Assembly: GCA_043228905.1 (NCBI GenBank)
Contig: JBHGNT010000020.1
Location: forward strand, 3,472,001 to 3,536,000
Direction of reading: 5' to 3'
DNA: 64,000 bases
DNA from: Azolla caroliniana
Taxonomy: Eukaryota > Plantae > Polypodiophyta
Shown piece by piece: positions 46,955 to 59,000 of the stretch. Made by a program: the position numbers and the translations under genes. A model generated the notes under the pieces. The model saw nothing but the letters and a program-made list of their open reading frames with translations, searched no databases and was not told the origin of the DNA. Positions within the stretch are counted from its first letter, which is position 1. Each line of letters opens with the position of its first letter.

Positions 46955-47838
46955 CGTAATATGTTCTTGCCTCTCTCATACGCAGGTATTTCTTCCTCAC
47001 AGATTCATATTGTGTGATCTCTTCCGCACTGACGGCCTTGTTCATTCCCTACACCCTGTGTTAGGCCATTGTACGGCCCTAAGGATTAACACATTTCAGG
47101 CCAAACATCTCCTGCATAATGGCCTCCTGCCATACCGCAGTGAGCATCACGTAAAACGGCATCCTTCTCATCTTGCCGTATACCGCGCCTCCAGATATCG
47201 TCACTCCCCTTATGGTATAGTACTCCCTCAACTACACAGAAATTCCGGCTCCGTACTTGAGACACCGCAAAGGTTACAAAGTGGATGAGTAAGTTGGCCT
47301 ATTGTTACCGATTAGGAACACTGTCTACGCTCAATCCTTCGAGGTTGACCTCAAGGTGACCGTGTTACAAGGAATGGAACCGTCCTATCGTAAATCATAA
47401 TGAGATACCACCTCGTATCCTGGCAGCGTCTAAGGGAGACGGCTACAACCAAACTCCTTAGGAAGTGCACTAGTATCCGCACTTACGCTTATACACACTT
47501 ACAAATTACAGTACGCACAAAGAAACAAAGTACACAACAGAGAAACAATGGGCGACCACACCGATAACCACAAATATGCATAGAGATCAGAGAAGATAGT
47601 GTTCTATTAGAAAAATTCCCTACACTCTCAATTACACGCTACCTCTTACAAAGGATTTCTGCCCTTTATATACCCATGGCGTTTAGCCGTTCACGCTTCC
47701 CGCGTGAACCGTTACATTTGTTTCTTAACACTTTACTATATTATAATATTTCTATGCTTCTGTCCGTCGGTTACGATTCCGGCGGACAACACCTGGCATG
47801 CCTGTGGGATAGTGCCATGGCACGTCGGACCCATCCCT

Positions 47839-50800
47839 CTATTCCTCCTCCAAAATATCCCGGTTGTTTGGTTGCGCTCCTACGTATTGGTCCGGGGACG
47901 GCATAGTGCCCATAGGCGCGTCATTGCTCGGTTGCACGTCTTGTACTTGCTCGGTCATCGTGGGGGTTTCCATGGCATCAACTTCTCCCTGCGTGGCCGG
48001 ACCCGGCTTTGTTGGCTCATTCCGTTCTACTGTGGCTAGCTTTTCCATTTGCGGGCTCTTGGTAGGCTGAGGCTCTGTCCTATTCGTATCGTCCTCAGTG
48101 TTGTTGGCTGTAGTTGTCATCTCAGGTGAATTGGGCTGAGGTTCCTCTTGTTCAGCGGTATCGTTGTCTGATATCGCGATGGGCTCCGCTCTTTGCCTCG
48201 TGTTGCCTGCCTCCATGATTCAGTGAAACATATCCTCCTGATTTTCGCCGAAATCTTCCAGTAGCTACACGAGTTCCTCGGAGTTGTGGTCCGCTAGCAT
48301 GCGATAATCTTGTGCTAGGTCCTCGCGTACTGCCGCAATGCCTTCCTCATTGAGTTTGTAGAAACCTCGGCCTTCTTTCCTACAGTTCTCCCAGTCCGCC
48401 CAGTAGGTATGCAACTCTGCCGCTTGTGTTGCCCACGCCATCCAGCCTTTGTCTAGCGCTGTTTTTAATTGCGCCGTAAACCTCTCTCGATTTTTTTGAA
48501 GAAGTGTGTGTACGTTATCGGTTATCACTTGGCAACGGTTTTGTGCTTCTTCCAGGGTTTTTTTGAGGTTTTCGATTTCTTGCTTATTAACCGTAGCCGC
48601 TTCCTCATAATGTTTCTTCATCTCTGCCCATATCTGGGATTCTTTCAAGTGTAATTCCTCCAGTCGGCCCATTTCATTGTTCAAGCGGACTTCGACCTGA
48701 TGCTTCACCTCTTGTTCTCGTACGAGCTGCTTGTCGTACCACGCTTTCTTCTTTTCCAACAACACCCGGAGTCCTGAGATCGCAGCTTCCGACTTTTGGG
48801 CTTCCTCCCATAGCTTAGTGTTTTCTTCTTTCGTGCAGGTGTGCGTTGTTGCCTCCGCTTCGAGTTTCTCTTCGAGTGCCTTCACTGTCCTTCGGCCTTT
48901 GGCCCGGATGTCCTTTTATCTGTCAGAGGATTGGCGGAGTTCGGAGCGGAGACGATCAATCTCAGACTCCGCAAGCTGCGTAGCCCTTTTTGCTTTAACA
49001 GCGTTGTCGCGCCTTTCGGCTCCGGATCGTTGCGTGAGTCGGGTGGGAACCACTGGTGTTTTGGACTAGGAGGAACGAAAATTCTAAGGCAATTAAGAAT
49101 GTGAAATATATTGTAAGAAAGAAAGATATGAAAAACTCGTGAATCCCACGAGTATAGTGTATTAGTGAGTACTCAAATTAAGAGAGAAAAATGGTTAGCA
49201 AATTCGTGAATCCCACGATTATATTATATTAATCAACCCTTGTAAAATAATCAACAACCTCTATACATCTTTCTCTCTTCCTTATATAGTGTTGGAAGAG
49301 TCTAAGTTTATCACATGCAAGCATCATGCTTTTCCTATCTTTAGTTTTCATGCACACTACATGTGCATGACTAGCTTTCTATCTCATCTTTTCTTTTAAC
49401 TCGAGTGTCTATGCATGAATAACTTTTTGTACCATGTATGTCTAGAAATTTTACATGGGATAAAGTTTAGTATAACTTTAAAATTCATAATACGCTAGTA
49501 TATTGATAAGGCTTAACATTATTAACATGGAGGTGCAAGGTTCGAATCTTGCCCTATGCATGTAATATATAATTTTATACTTTCTTCTATTTACAAATAT
49601 GTCTCTTCATCTGGTGAGAGACTCTCGCCGGCCTTCTTCATCCGGCTTTTGCTGGTTTTGCTTCATCCGGTTCTCACCGGTTTTCTTTATCCGATTCTTA
49701 CCGAATCCTCCTTACCGGCCCTCTTCGTCCGTTTCTCACCGACTCTCACCGGCCTTCTTCATCCGGCTCTTGCCAATGTCCTTACCGGTTTCGGTCCTCA
49801 TCGGTTCTTCCTTCCGGTTCTCACTGGGTACTCCAAATCCTATCCGAAGAAACCAAAAATGTAATTTTTCACGTAGTGTGCGAATTACACTACGACAACG
49901 CTGGCCTGTTGTGTTGCAATCTCCTCTTGTAGGGTTAGCGATGGGTCTTCACCTATTGCTGGTTCGGGGTTTTGCGGTGCCCTAGTGATGCTCTGTTCAA
50001 GCTCGTAATGCACTCTTGGGCCTTCTGTAGTTGGGCTTGAGTCAACTTGACTGTTTTCCACACGTTTTTATTCTTGGTAGCCATATCCTTGGCCCCCACA
50101 CTAACTCTAGCCAATTCCCGATGTACCTCGACCATGGCCGCATTCAATGGAGGTAGTTCAATACCCATACACTGAATCCCCGCATTCCATTGCCTGCCTA
50201 CCTTGGCTAGAGGCCCTTCATCCTCGCTTTCTGCTGTTTGTGTGAGCGCACGCTCAATCATCTGTTGTTCCGCGTGCTCCTCCGCCATTCTCTGTGATAC
50301 CTTAATTTGCTGCGTTGCCAAAAATTCCATGAGTTCATAAGTTGTTCCAAATTGTAGTAGCGCACTGAACTCATGGGTTGCATCCAGGATGTCCAGGTAC
50401 TTTAGGACTTCGCTTGCAGCCGTGAGTACGCCTTTCCCACGCTGCAACTGGGCCGTAATGATCCGTCGTGGTTCTCGGATTATTTCTAAAGTGGTGTTGG
50501 ACTCTGTAGTTGCGGAACTGTCGACCAAGGTGGTCGTGTCTGTGTCCGCAGTTGTGTCTTTGACCAGTCCGTGCCCATCTTTCCTGTCCAGCCTATGCCG
50601 TTTCGGCCTCGGGCTTTCTTGGCGTTGCTCAGCTTCCTGCTCATGTGAAGCTTCCTCCTGGCTTGCCAGCCGTTCTTCTTGTGTTGTCTACGTGTTGGGT
50701 TGGGAAGATTGTGGTTCATCTTCCCATTCTGTGGTAGCCAACTCTGCTAACCGTTGTTTTGCGGAACGTGGCGGTGGCGTGGGTTTACTGGGTTGTGGTG

Positions 50801-51570
50801 CGGGCAGACCTCAGGGTGAAAATAGTATCGTTAGATATTGTTGTATGATTGGCCTTAGCTTTTTGCCGCCCTGATATGCGTGCAGGCCTTCCCGTAAAGC
50901 TGGTCCCGTTTTTACCCCCCAATCGACCGCGCACCCTTCGAAGGTATCAATGATGATGTTTGCCTTCTGTTTTGGCATCATAGGCATTTACATGCACGCA
51001 TCCTACCTCCAGCAAGAACTTGGCTATTTCTTGAAAGAAGGGGTCAGGGATTTCCTTCGTCCTGTATGCTTTGGTGGACACTGAATATGCCCTGAAATAT
51101 TTCTGCAAGGTTTCTGCAGGAGGGATGTCGAAATGTTTCTCCCCAAGCGATGATAAGTCAAGCTTCTTCCGGATGGTAGTGTTGGTGACCGTGTCTATGT
51201 TGAGTTTCTTGGCAATTTCCAAGGCTTTAGGGTGAGCAGGTGCCTCGGCGACATTGATGTATCCATCCGGTCTCTTTTCAAGGAGCCATCTATGCAAGGT
51301 GGCGGAAATAGTGATCGGCATCGTAGGTGGGTGAGACTCGTGGGTAGTGGGTGAAGTTTGATGGCTATGGAGGACGTGTGTTCTGTGGTATGATGGGGAG
51401 TAAGGTGAGTGAGGAGAGCGTCGAGAGCGAGGAAGGTTAAAGGCTGAAGATTGTTTCCTGTACTGTGCAGAAAACCTTATATTTTCTTCTTTTTGTGGCC
51501 TAGGGTTCATTGGCATGTGTGCCATCGTGGTGCCGCGTGTTCTTGCTCTAGAAGTTTGTGCATGCATCAA
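47839..51570 (-). pseudogene. E accessory ORF, fragmented, with coiled-coil C-terminal part
   Basis: ORFs 50947-51570, 49953-50528, 48265-48885 and 47839-48216; first and third show similarity to the D accessory ORF. Confidence 0.7.
49005..49897 (-). mobile_element. Solo LTR of the G lineage (same family as 29293-30015)
   Basis: TGTCG...CGACA termini; both ends homologous to the 29293-30015 LTR; degenerate TSD GCGT/ACGC. Confidence 0.85.
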
Positions 51571-53339
51571 GTCCTTTTAATAGCGTCACTATCTTCTCTT
51601 TCTTTGTTTTTTCTTTCTTTTTTCTTGTAATGGTTAAATACAATATCATTGTTACATTATAATACAGGTGGGTTCCTTTAATTAATCCGCAGATTCTTCG
51701 GCTGTGTCTCTTACGGCGGGAAACGGGTTTGGTGGCACACGTCCTAGGTAGGGTTTCAATTGAAACCCATTCACCTTTTGTCGTAAGACTTCTCCGGCCA
51801 GGGTGCCTAATTGAAACGTGCCGTTTTCCACGCCAACTATCCAGTACGGCCCCGTCTAGCAGAATCTTAATTTACCTGGCATCTGCCCCATCCGTGTTTG
51901 AAAGACCAAGACCGCTTTGCCGACCGCAAAAAAAAAAATCACGCGCATTTTGATGCCGGTCCACGAATGCTTTACGCCGATGCTGCTCTTGTTCGAGTAT
52001 GGCCATGTTGCGTAACCATGTCTCGCCTAGTCCAAGCAGTTGTTATAGTTGTATTTGTTCGGACTTGTCTTTTGATAGCCGACCTCGTACCTGAATCCGC
52101 AGACTGGGTACCTGAAATTCGACTGGGATTACGGCCTCCAGCCGGAAAGGCGTGGATTGTATGCTAGTCTTATAGCTGGTTCGGTACGCCCATAACCCGT
52201 TGTGTAATCTGGTATCCCAGTCTTTTCTGTTCTCATTGACGGCGTGCCAAATGTGTTACCGATTAGGAACACTGTCTACGCTCAATCCTTCGAGGTTGAC
52301 CTCAAGGTGACCGTGTTACAAGGAATGGAACCGTCCTATCGTAAATCATAATGGGATACCACCTCGTATCCTAGCAGCATCTAAGGGAGACGACTACAAC
52401 CGAACTCCTTAGGAAGTGCACTAGTATCCACACTTACGAATTACAGTACGCATAGAGAAACAAAGTACGCAACAGAGAAACAATGGGCGACCACACCGAT
52501 AGCCATAGATATGCACAGAGATCATAGAAGATAGTGTTCTATTTGAAAAACGCCCTACACTCTCAATTACACGCTACCTCTTACAGAGGATTTCTGCCCT
52601 TTATATACCTAGGGCGTTTAGCCGTTCACACTTCCCACATGAACCGTTACATTTGTTTCTTAACACTTTACTATATTATAATATTTCTGCGCTTCTGTCC
52701 GTTGGTTACGATTCTGGCGGACAACACCTATACTTGCAAATTACCAACGTAAATGTGACCAATGCAATCTTCAATACATGTATCTCAATGAACATGGAAT
52801 CACTCTGATATATCGTTGATATTCTCCATGATAATGCCCATTTATTAATTACTCGAGTAAGTGAAGTGAGGCTCTAAAATGCAATATACACCACTAGAGG
52901 ATGTACAAATGTGTTGTTTCTTGAAAATAAAAGTTTCGTTAGAACTTCGAGTTACATAAAGTTGAAAGATGAATATAAAGCTAATGCAACAAAATCATCA
53001 TCCAGTGCCTAGCCCATGCTTAGGAACAAACGAGCAGAAAGCCATGTTATTAATACCTACGGCAACATGTCAGGTGCATTGACATGGTGCCAAATGAAAA
53101 AGCTTGGTACATAGTTGTGGTGTTATTACCAACAACAAGATGGGGTTGCATGCTACCTTAGCAAGCAAGCTCAGAAGGAAGGAGCAAATTCTCGGAGTTG
53201 TTTGGTTGGGATGCAACGAGAGGAGCGATGAAGTTGACTCCATTCGTGACCTCTCAGTTGAGCAAGTTCTTGGCGGCAGCATGAGGGTGGTTGGTGTCAG
53301 GCTTGGAGTAGTCATGAATGCTCTTATTCTTCTAGTAGT

Positions 53340-53540
53340 GGTGGTGGTAGTGGTAGTACATCTAATATTAGCAGTAGAAGTTAGTATGTACATCTAATCT
53401 TAGTAGTAGAAGTTAGTATGTACATGTGATTCTAGTAGTAATACATAGTAGGACATCTAATTCTAGCAGTAATAGTAGGACATCTAATTCTAGTAGTAGT
53501 AGAAGTACACAATCCAATGTTTGTACACAATCCAATGTTT
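53340..53540. repeat. Low-complexity degenerate tandem repeats (TAGTAGTAGAAGTTAGTATGTACATCTAAT-like; TACACAATCCAATGTTTG x2)
   Basis: Direct inspection. Confidence 0.7.
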
Positions 53541-53768
53541 GTTTTGGGTAGCTCAGAACTTAGAAGAACCCAAAAAGAAGGAGGGGAATGAATGAGAATG
53601 AGAATGAGAATGAGAATGAGAGCTTCTTCTCTAGCTCTGAACCAACAGATATGGTGTGATGGGCAGAGCAGAGCAGGGCATGGCAGAGCTCTGAGCTCTG
53701 GCTCTCCACGCGCTCAGCCTACCCATTCTGCTAAATGATGGCAAAGGAGGGATCCCCAACAGATTTGG

Positions 53769-55739
53769 ATGGACATCACCCCTCTTCTGCTTTCCTCCTA
53801 TGGCCATGGCCATGGCCATGCCCTGAGGCGGCCAGACCTCCTCCCCTTCTTTGAGGGCCTTCTCCGCAGATGCAAAACTCTGGCCCTTGGGAGGTGCTTG
53901 CATGCCCGCATTCTCGAAAGCGAGTACAGTCAGAATGGGCTCCTCACCAACTTGCTCGTACAAATGTATGGGAAGTGCCAGGCATTGAATGATGCCAAAG
54001 CTCTCATGGACATAATGAAGCATAGGGATGTGTATACTTGGACTTTCATCATCGCTGCTTTTGCTGAACTCGGGCAGAGTAGGAATGCCCTTTTCATGTA
54101 TGAAGACATGCAGAGAGATGGAGTAAAACCTAATGAATGCACTTTCGTTTACTTGCTATCATCCTGTGATGATAAGGCAGCTCTCGAAGAAGGTAGGCAT
54201 GTACATATGCTCATTTTAATCAGTGAGTGTGAAGCATATGCAGCTGTCTCAACTGCTTTGATTTGTATGTATAACAGATGTGGAAGTCTCGATGATGCTT
54301 GGCATGTGGCCAATAGTACGTATGTAAAGGACACAATCTCCTGGAATGCTCTCATCGCTGTGTCTGCTGAGCATGGTGATGGAAACAAATCTATGCAACT
54401 ATTCCTTCAAATGCAGATTGAAGGTTTCACACCGAATGAAGCTACATTTTTGAGCATTCTCAGTGCATTCATGGATAGGCCAGGACCTTTGGCCGTCAAA
54501 CGGATGCATGCACTGATTAGGATTTATCGGTTTGATGTTAATGTTGCGATAACTAACGCTCTTATTACACTTTATGGTAAATGTGGTAGCATTGAGGATG
54601 CTCGACTTGTTTTTTATAGAATGCCGGTACAAAATGTGATCTCTTGGACTGCCATGATAGCTGCAACCGCAGAGTGTGGATGGAGCAAAGAGGTTACCTT
54701 GCTTTTACAGAAGATGCAATCTGAAGGAGTTGGACCGGATAAGATAACCTTTGCAAGTAGTCTTTCCTCATGTGTCAAACATGAAAGTCTGTTGGATGGC
54801 TTATGGCTACATGCATGTATCAGCCGAAGTGGATTGGAATCCGATGTGGTGGTTGGAACAGCCCTTATCACTATGTATGGGAAATGTGGTAGCATAGAAA
54901 GTGCTCGTAAGGTCTTTGAAAGGCTCCCCAAGCGGGACGTCATATGCTGGAATGCAATGATTGGATCATATGCCCAATGTGGACATAACCACGAGGTTTC
55001 GGAGTTGTTGCGTGAAATGGAAATGGTTGACCTTAAGCCTAGCAAAATCACATTCGTGAGCATTTTGGATTCGTGTGCCAGTGGATCTGCTCTTGATGAA
55101 GGAAGATGCATCCATGCATGCCTGCTGGAATATGATTTTGAATCAGAACTAGTTGTTCTGAATGCCCTTGTTAATATGTATGGAAAATGTGGGAGCCTCA
55201 AAGATTCACAAACACTATTTGACAAAATGGATGAAAAAAACGTAGTCTCGTGGACAGCTATTATAGCAGCCTATGGTCAACAAGGGCAAGGCAAGGAGGC
55301 TATGGCTTTTTTTGAGAAAATGAAGGAAGAGGGAGTTGTTCCCAATGGGATCACATTTATCAGCGCCGTTTCTGCTTGTAGCCATGCAGGCATGGTCGAA
55401 GAAGCTTTTTATTGTCTATTCTCAATGGTACAGCAATCTGAGATTATGTTTACTGCTGAGCATTATGATTGTATGGTGGATCTTATATGTCGGACTGGAC
55501 TGTTGTCTCATGGGCAAGCCATGATAAGTAGTATGCCATTCCAACCAAATGCAACCACATGGATGGCTTTTCTCGGTGCTTGCAAAATGCATTCAAACAT
55601 TAGTGAAGCTGTCCAGTCTTCAGTATATGTTTTGGAAGTGGATTCTTATACTGCTGCTCCATATGTTCTGCTTTCCAACATTTACAGTGGCACTAACAAA
55701 CCTCCTGAAAAAGATTTTGAGGAGCTGATAAAATGCTAG
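53769..55739 (+). CDS. PLS-class pentatricopeptide repeat protein with E motif (organellar RNA-editing factor family), intronless
   Basis: Repeated ALITMYGKCGS / NVISWTAMI / PDKITF triplets; EHYDCMVDL...WMAFLGACK...YVLLSNIYS end; no DYW domain. Confidence 0.92.
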   Translation: MDITPLLLSSYGHGHGHALRRPDLLPFFEGLLRRCKTLALGRCLHARILESEYSQNGLLTNLLVQMYGKCQALNDAKALMDIMKHRDVYTWTFIIAAFAELGQSRNALFMYEDMQRDGVKPNECTFVYLLSSCDDKAALEEGRHVHMLILISECEAYAAVSTALICMYNRCGSLDDAWHVANSTYVKDTISWNALIAVSAEHGDGNKSMQLFLQMQIEGFTPNEATFLSILSAFMDRPGPLAVKRMHALIRIYRFDVNVAITNALITLYGKCGSIEDARLVFYRMPVQNVISWTAMIAATAECGWSKEVTLLLQKMQSEGVGPDKITFASSLSSCVKHESLLDGLWLHACISRSGLESDVVVGTALITMYGKCGSIESARKVFERLPKRDVICWNAMIGSYAQCGHNHEVSELLREMEMVDLKPSKITFVSILDSCASGSALDEGRCIHACLLEYDFESELVVLNALVNMYGKCGSLKDSQTLFDKMDEKNVVSWTAIIAAYGQQGQGKEAMAFFEKMKEEGVVPNGITFISAVSACSHAGMVEEAFYCLFSMVQQSEIMFTAEHYDCMVDLICRTGLLSHGQAMISSMPFQPNATTWMAFLGACKMHSNISEAVQSSVYVLEVDSYTAAPYVLLSNIYSGTNKPPEKDFEELIKC

Positions 55740-56003
55740 CAGTGCATTTGACTTAGCAGATGGGCTGGACAGTGTAATAAAGAAATGGTTAATTAGTTAT
55801 GGACTGAGGAAGGGGTTTAAATGAACTGTTTATCATGGCATAGCACACCTGGTGATTTATTAGTGTGATATCAGAAATTTTCATTCTCTAGATCATCCCA
55901 CAAGGGCGAGAGTACAAAGAAGTGATGAGAAATCCCTTAAGAGAACTCTGTTCACACAAAGAGTATGACTTGGCATTCAGCAACTATTTATGTATATTGA
56001 TGC

Positions 56004-56044
<41 letters not shown>

Positions 56045-59000
56045 TCAAAAATCACTACTATATAATGCGTCAAAAGGAAGATTATGTAATATTTGTGAAC
56101 TGATGATATGCTTGGTATGCATGTCTGTGTACATGGATATGTACATGTAGAATGTAGATATACATACATGTAGATGTATGTGTATGTGTATGTGGACATG
56201 CACATGTAAATGTAAATATGTGTATGTACATAAATAAATCTGTCTATTTATCTATCTCTATATACATCTATTTAGATGTATGTGGACGTGAACTTGATGA
56301 TGGCATTTGGGTCTTCAGAGAGAGGAGCACTCCCTTCAAATTAACATGTCATGTAGAATGCAGAAGGCAAGATCAGAAGTGAGTAACCTTTCTTATTCTA
56401 TGCATCTTTATACCAGTGCATGTGGGAAAGGCTTGGAATGCTATCAGCCATTTTGGGACCTCTTTCTCTCATTGTTTGCTAATGTGCATTTCTTATGCAC
56501 AACAAGTGTTTGATAATGTGTTTGATATGGAATGAAAGGGTCATCGAATTCACTCGTTACAAGATATGGTAAAGCAGGGAAATTCAAAGACAGGTTTACA
56601 CGTATAACACAAAATGAGAGAAAGCTGTTTAGATGCTTGTGCTTTTTGCTTCATGAAAATCACTTGTGGTGACTTTTATAGCTCCTCTTCCCTCCTGAGT
56701 TTTTCTCTTCCTATATAACCTAAGCTTGATTTCTCTCCTCACCGCCCGCTTAATCTTCCACTTAAGTGAGTAGAGTGATTAAGGCTAACCACTAATTAGG
56801 TATACCCTAATCACTCCTTTCTGTATGTGTTGTTGGGAACTCTCAAGTTAATTGAGATGGGTCGACATTATTACATATATTGTTTGTCTTTACTTATATG
56901 TGTGTATGTTACATTCTAAGTTCTTCTAGTGTCTTTATTAACACAAGGAAGTGCGAGTGAGAGTGATTGACAACCAGTCCTGCATGGTTCATGACATATC
57001 CGAATGCCTTGGCTCATGACATGAACAAGGAGGTAGAAATTTGTCTCTCAAACGACATGCACTTGGTGGTGTGCATGTTGAGACGACACAAACACCTTTG
57101 ACATCCTCAACATATGCAATCTCAAAGTAATCTACAAGGTATTGTGACCCTTTTATATTGCCCAATATTATTTGAAATGGTGACATTACAAGTGAACTTT
57201 CTTGGTGACTTCAAATATTCATCCATAGTTTTAGTCAATCAATTGAGGAAAATGTTGGCTGAAATAGACAAACTCATTGCGTCTATATGTTTTTTGAGTT
57301 CCGTATCAACCAAAAATATTCTTCAATTCTAGCAACAAAAGAATGAGGCATTTTGTTTTTAGACACGTCCTAGTGAAGTGGGGAGATAAAGCCAATGAGA
57401 AGTGGGAAAAATGTATGCCACATTCCAAAACAATTTTTGAAGTTTGATATCTAGTTTTCATAGGTAACGCCTCAATGGGGGAAGGAAGCATATTTTCTTT
57501 ACACTTAATACCAACTCTAGTATATAGCTTGCATAAGTAGAAACCAAGAGGTTTTCATAGAAGCCAAGTAGTATATGTGTATGTAGGTGATGGGGTTTAG
57601 GAGGATTGGTGAAGGGTTGGGAGGAGTTGGCTTACAAAACATTGGTTGATGATGGGTTTCACGGGGGTTAATGAAGGATCAGGAGGACTAAGGTATAAGA
57701 ATGGGGTAAGCACTAATTATCTTGTAGTGCATCATCAAGAACTTTCTTCTCTTCATAGGTTTTATTCTCTTGCACAATTTCCTTTAAATTCAAATTGTTA
57801 TCTTGCTCATTGATTTTTGTTGGCCATGGAGAGAGTGATTTTACATGGTTATGATTTTTTGGGGGGGTTTACACAATTGTGATTTTTTGAACTACTTGTT
57901 CATTGTTCGCAAATGGATAGGAATTCAAAATTCAAAATGTATAGACATATATTTTAACATTATGAATGCGTGGTAAATAATTAACATTGTTAACTACAAA
58001 GAATTGCCTCAAGCTTTAACATTGTTGGCAATAGGAAGTGTGAATTTGTGAGGGTAGAAAAGCATACTAGTAGTAATTATGCTTTTAAAATACAAGGGAT
58101 TGACGTAAGGGAGAAAGTAATGTATTACTTCAAAGAGATTCAATTGACATAGGTAATGATCAAATTAGTTCATTAAAATTTCTTGCATCTCAACAATGTT
58201 TGTCATTTTGTCCAACAGATTTCTTCAACAATTAGCTTATCATTGGTGCACTCATTGTGAACATGCTAGATAGCGTCCAAGATATTACATGAGTTATCAA
58301 TATTTGTGTCAAGAGTATTCATTTCAATGACTAGGTTCAAACTATACCTCCACAAACGTAGTAAATTTCACCCCTCATTTAGTGTGAATATTGGCACTTT
58401 AATTTTCTTTTGACAATTTTGTCAAATCATACTCAAAGGCACCACCTAGATCAGAGTAATATTTTAACCTCGGGTCTCTAGTCTGAAGTGTTTGTATCAC
58501 ATTTGGAGTCAATGAGAAAGTTGTCGGGTTTGCAAGTGGTATTGTATCTTTAGAGGGTCATTATCGAGAGAAGCAAATGATTCCAACAAATTCTCATCAT
58601 GCTTCAGATAAAACAATAAAACAGTTGAAAACTTTAATAACAATATAGATGCATTGAAAGCCCAAATGCAAGAAGAGCCTAATAGAACATAGCATTATAT
58701 AGGCAACTATAATACCTTTAGTACGTATATATATCATCATGTGGATGTGTTGATATAGATATATGAGTAGATGTAGCTAAAGATACATGAGTCGATGTAG
58801 CTAAAGATACATGAGTTGATGTAGCTAATGAATGATAAGGCGACCTTTAATGTCAACCACTTTAGAATGTCTTTCCTTTTATATTAGAGAAATCTTTTGT
58901 ATATAGTGTTGATTGATGCATTATATGATATATCATTCATATAGATGAAAATATGATAGTTTTTGTGAAATATACTTGAAGTCGTTTTTCTCAATATCCC

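Larger units (their letters stand above)
41092..47053 (+). mobile_element. Ty1/Copia element F inserted in the 3' LTR of D
   Basis: LTRs 41092-41442 and 46695-47053; TSD CCCTG; PBS TGGTATCAGAGC 41445-41456; short PPT GGGGGAG. Confidence 0.96.
30714..47091 (+). mobile_element. Ty3/Gypsy element D (Athila/Tat-like non-chromovirus) with a 3' accessory ORF and no PPT
   Basis: 5' LTR 30714-31161; 3' LTR 40677-41091 + 47059-47091; TSD CTTTT/CATTT; PBS-like TAGCGACCAC 31169-31178. Confidence 0.92.
47303..52726 (-). mobile_element. Ty3/Gypsy element E, internally deleted relative of D
   Basis: LTRs 47303-47791 and 52254-52726; TSD CCTAT; PBS TGGCACGCC (52241-52249) joined directly to the integrase C-half (VNENRKDWDTRLH). 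Confidence 0.92.

Noticed and set aside
53070-53397. Overlapping short ORFs as a divergent host gene
   Set aside because: Low-complexity, repeat-derived ends and no recognisable domain
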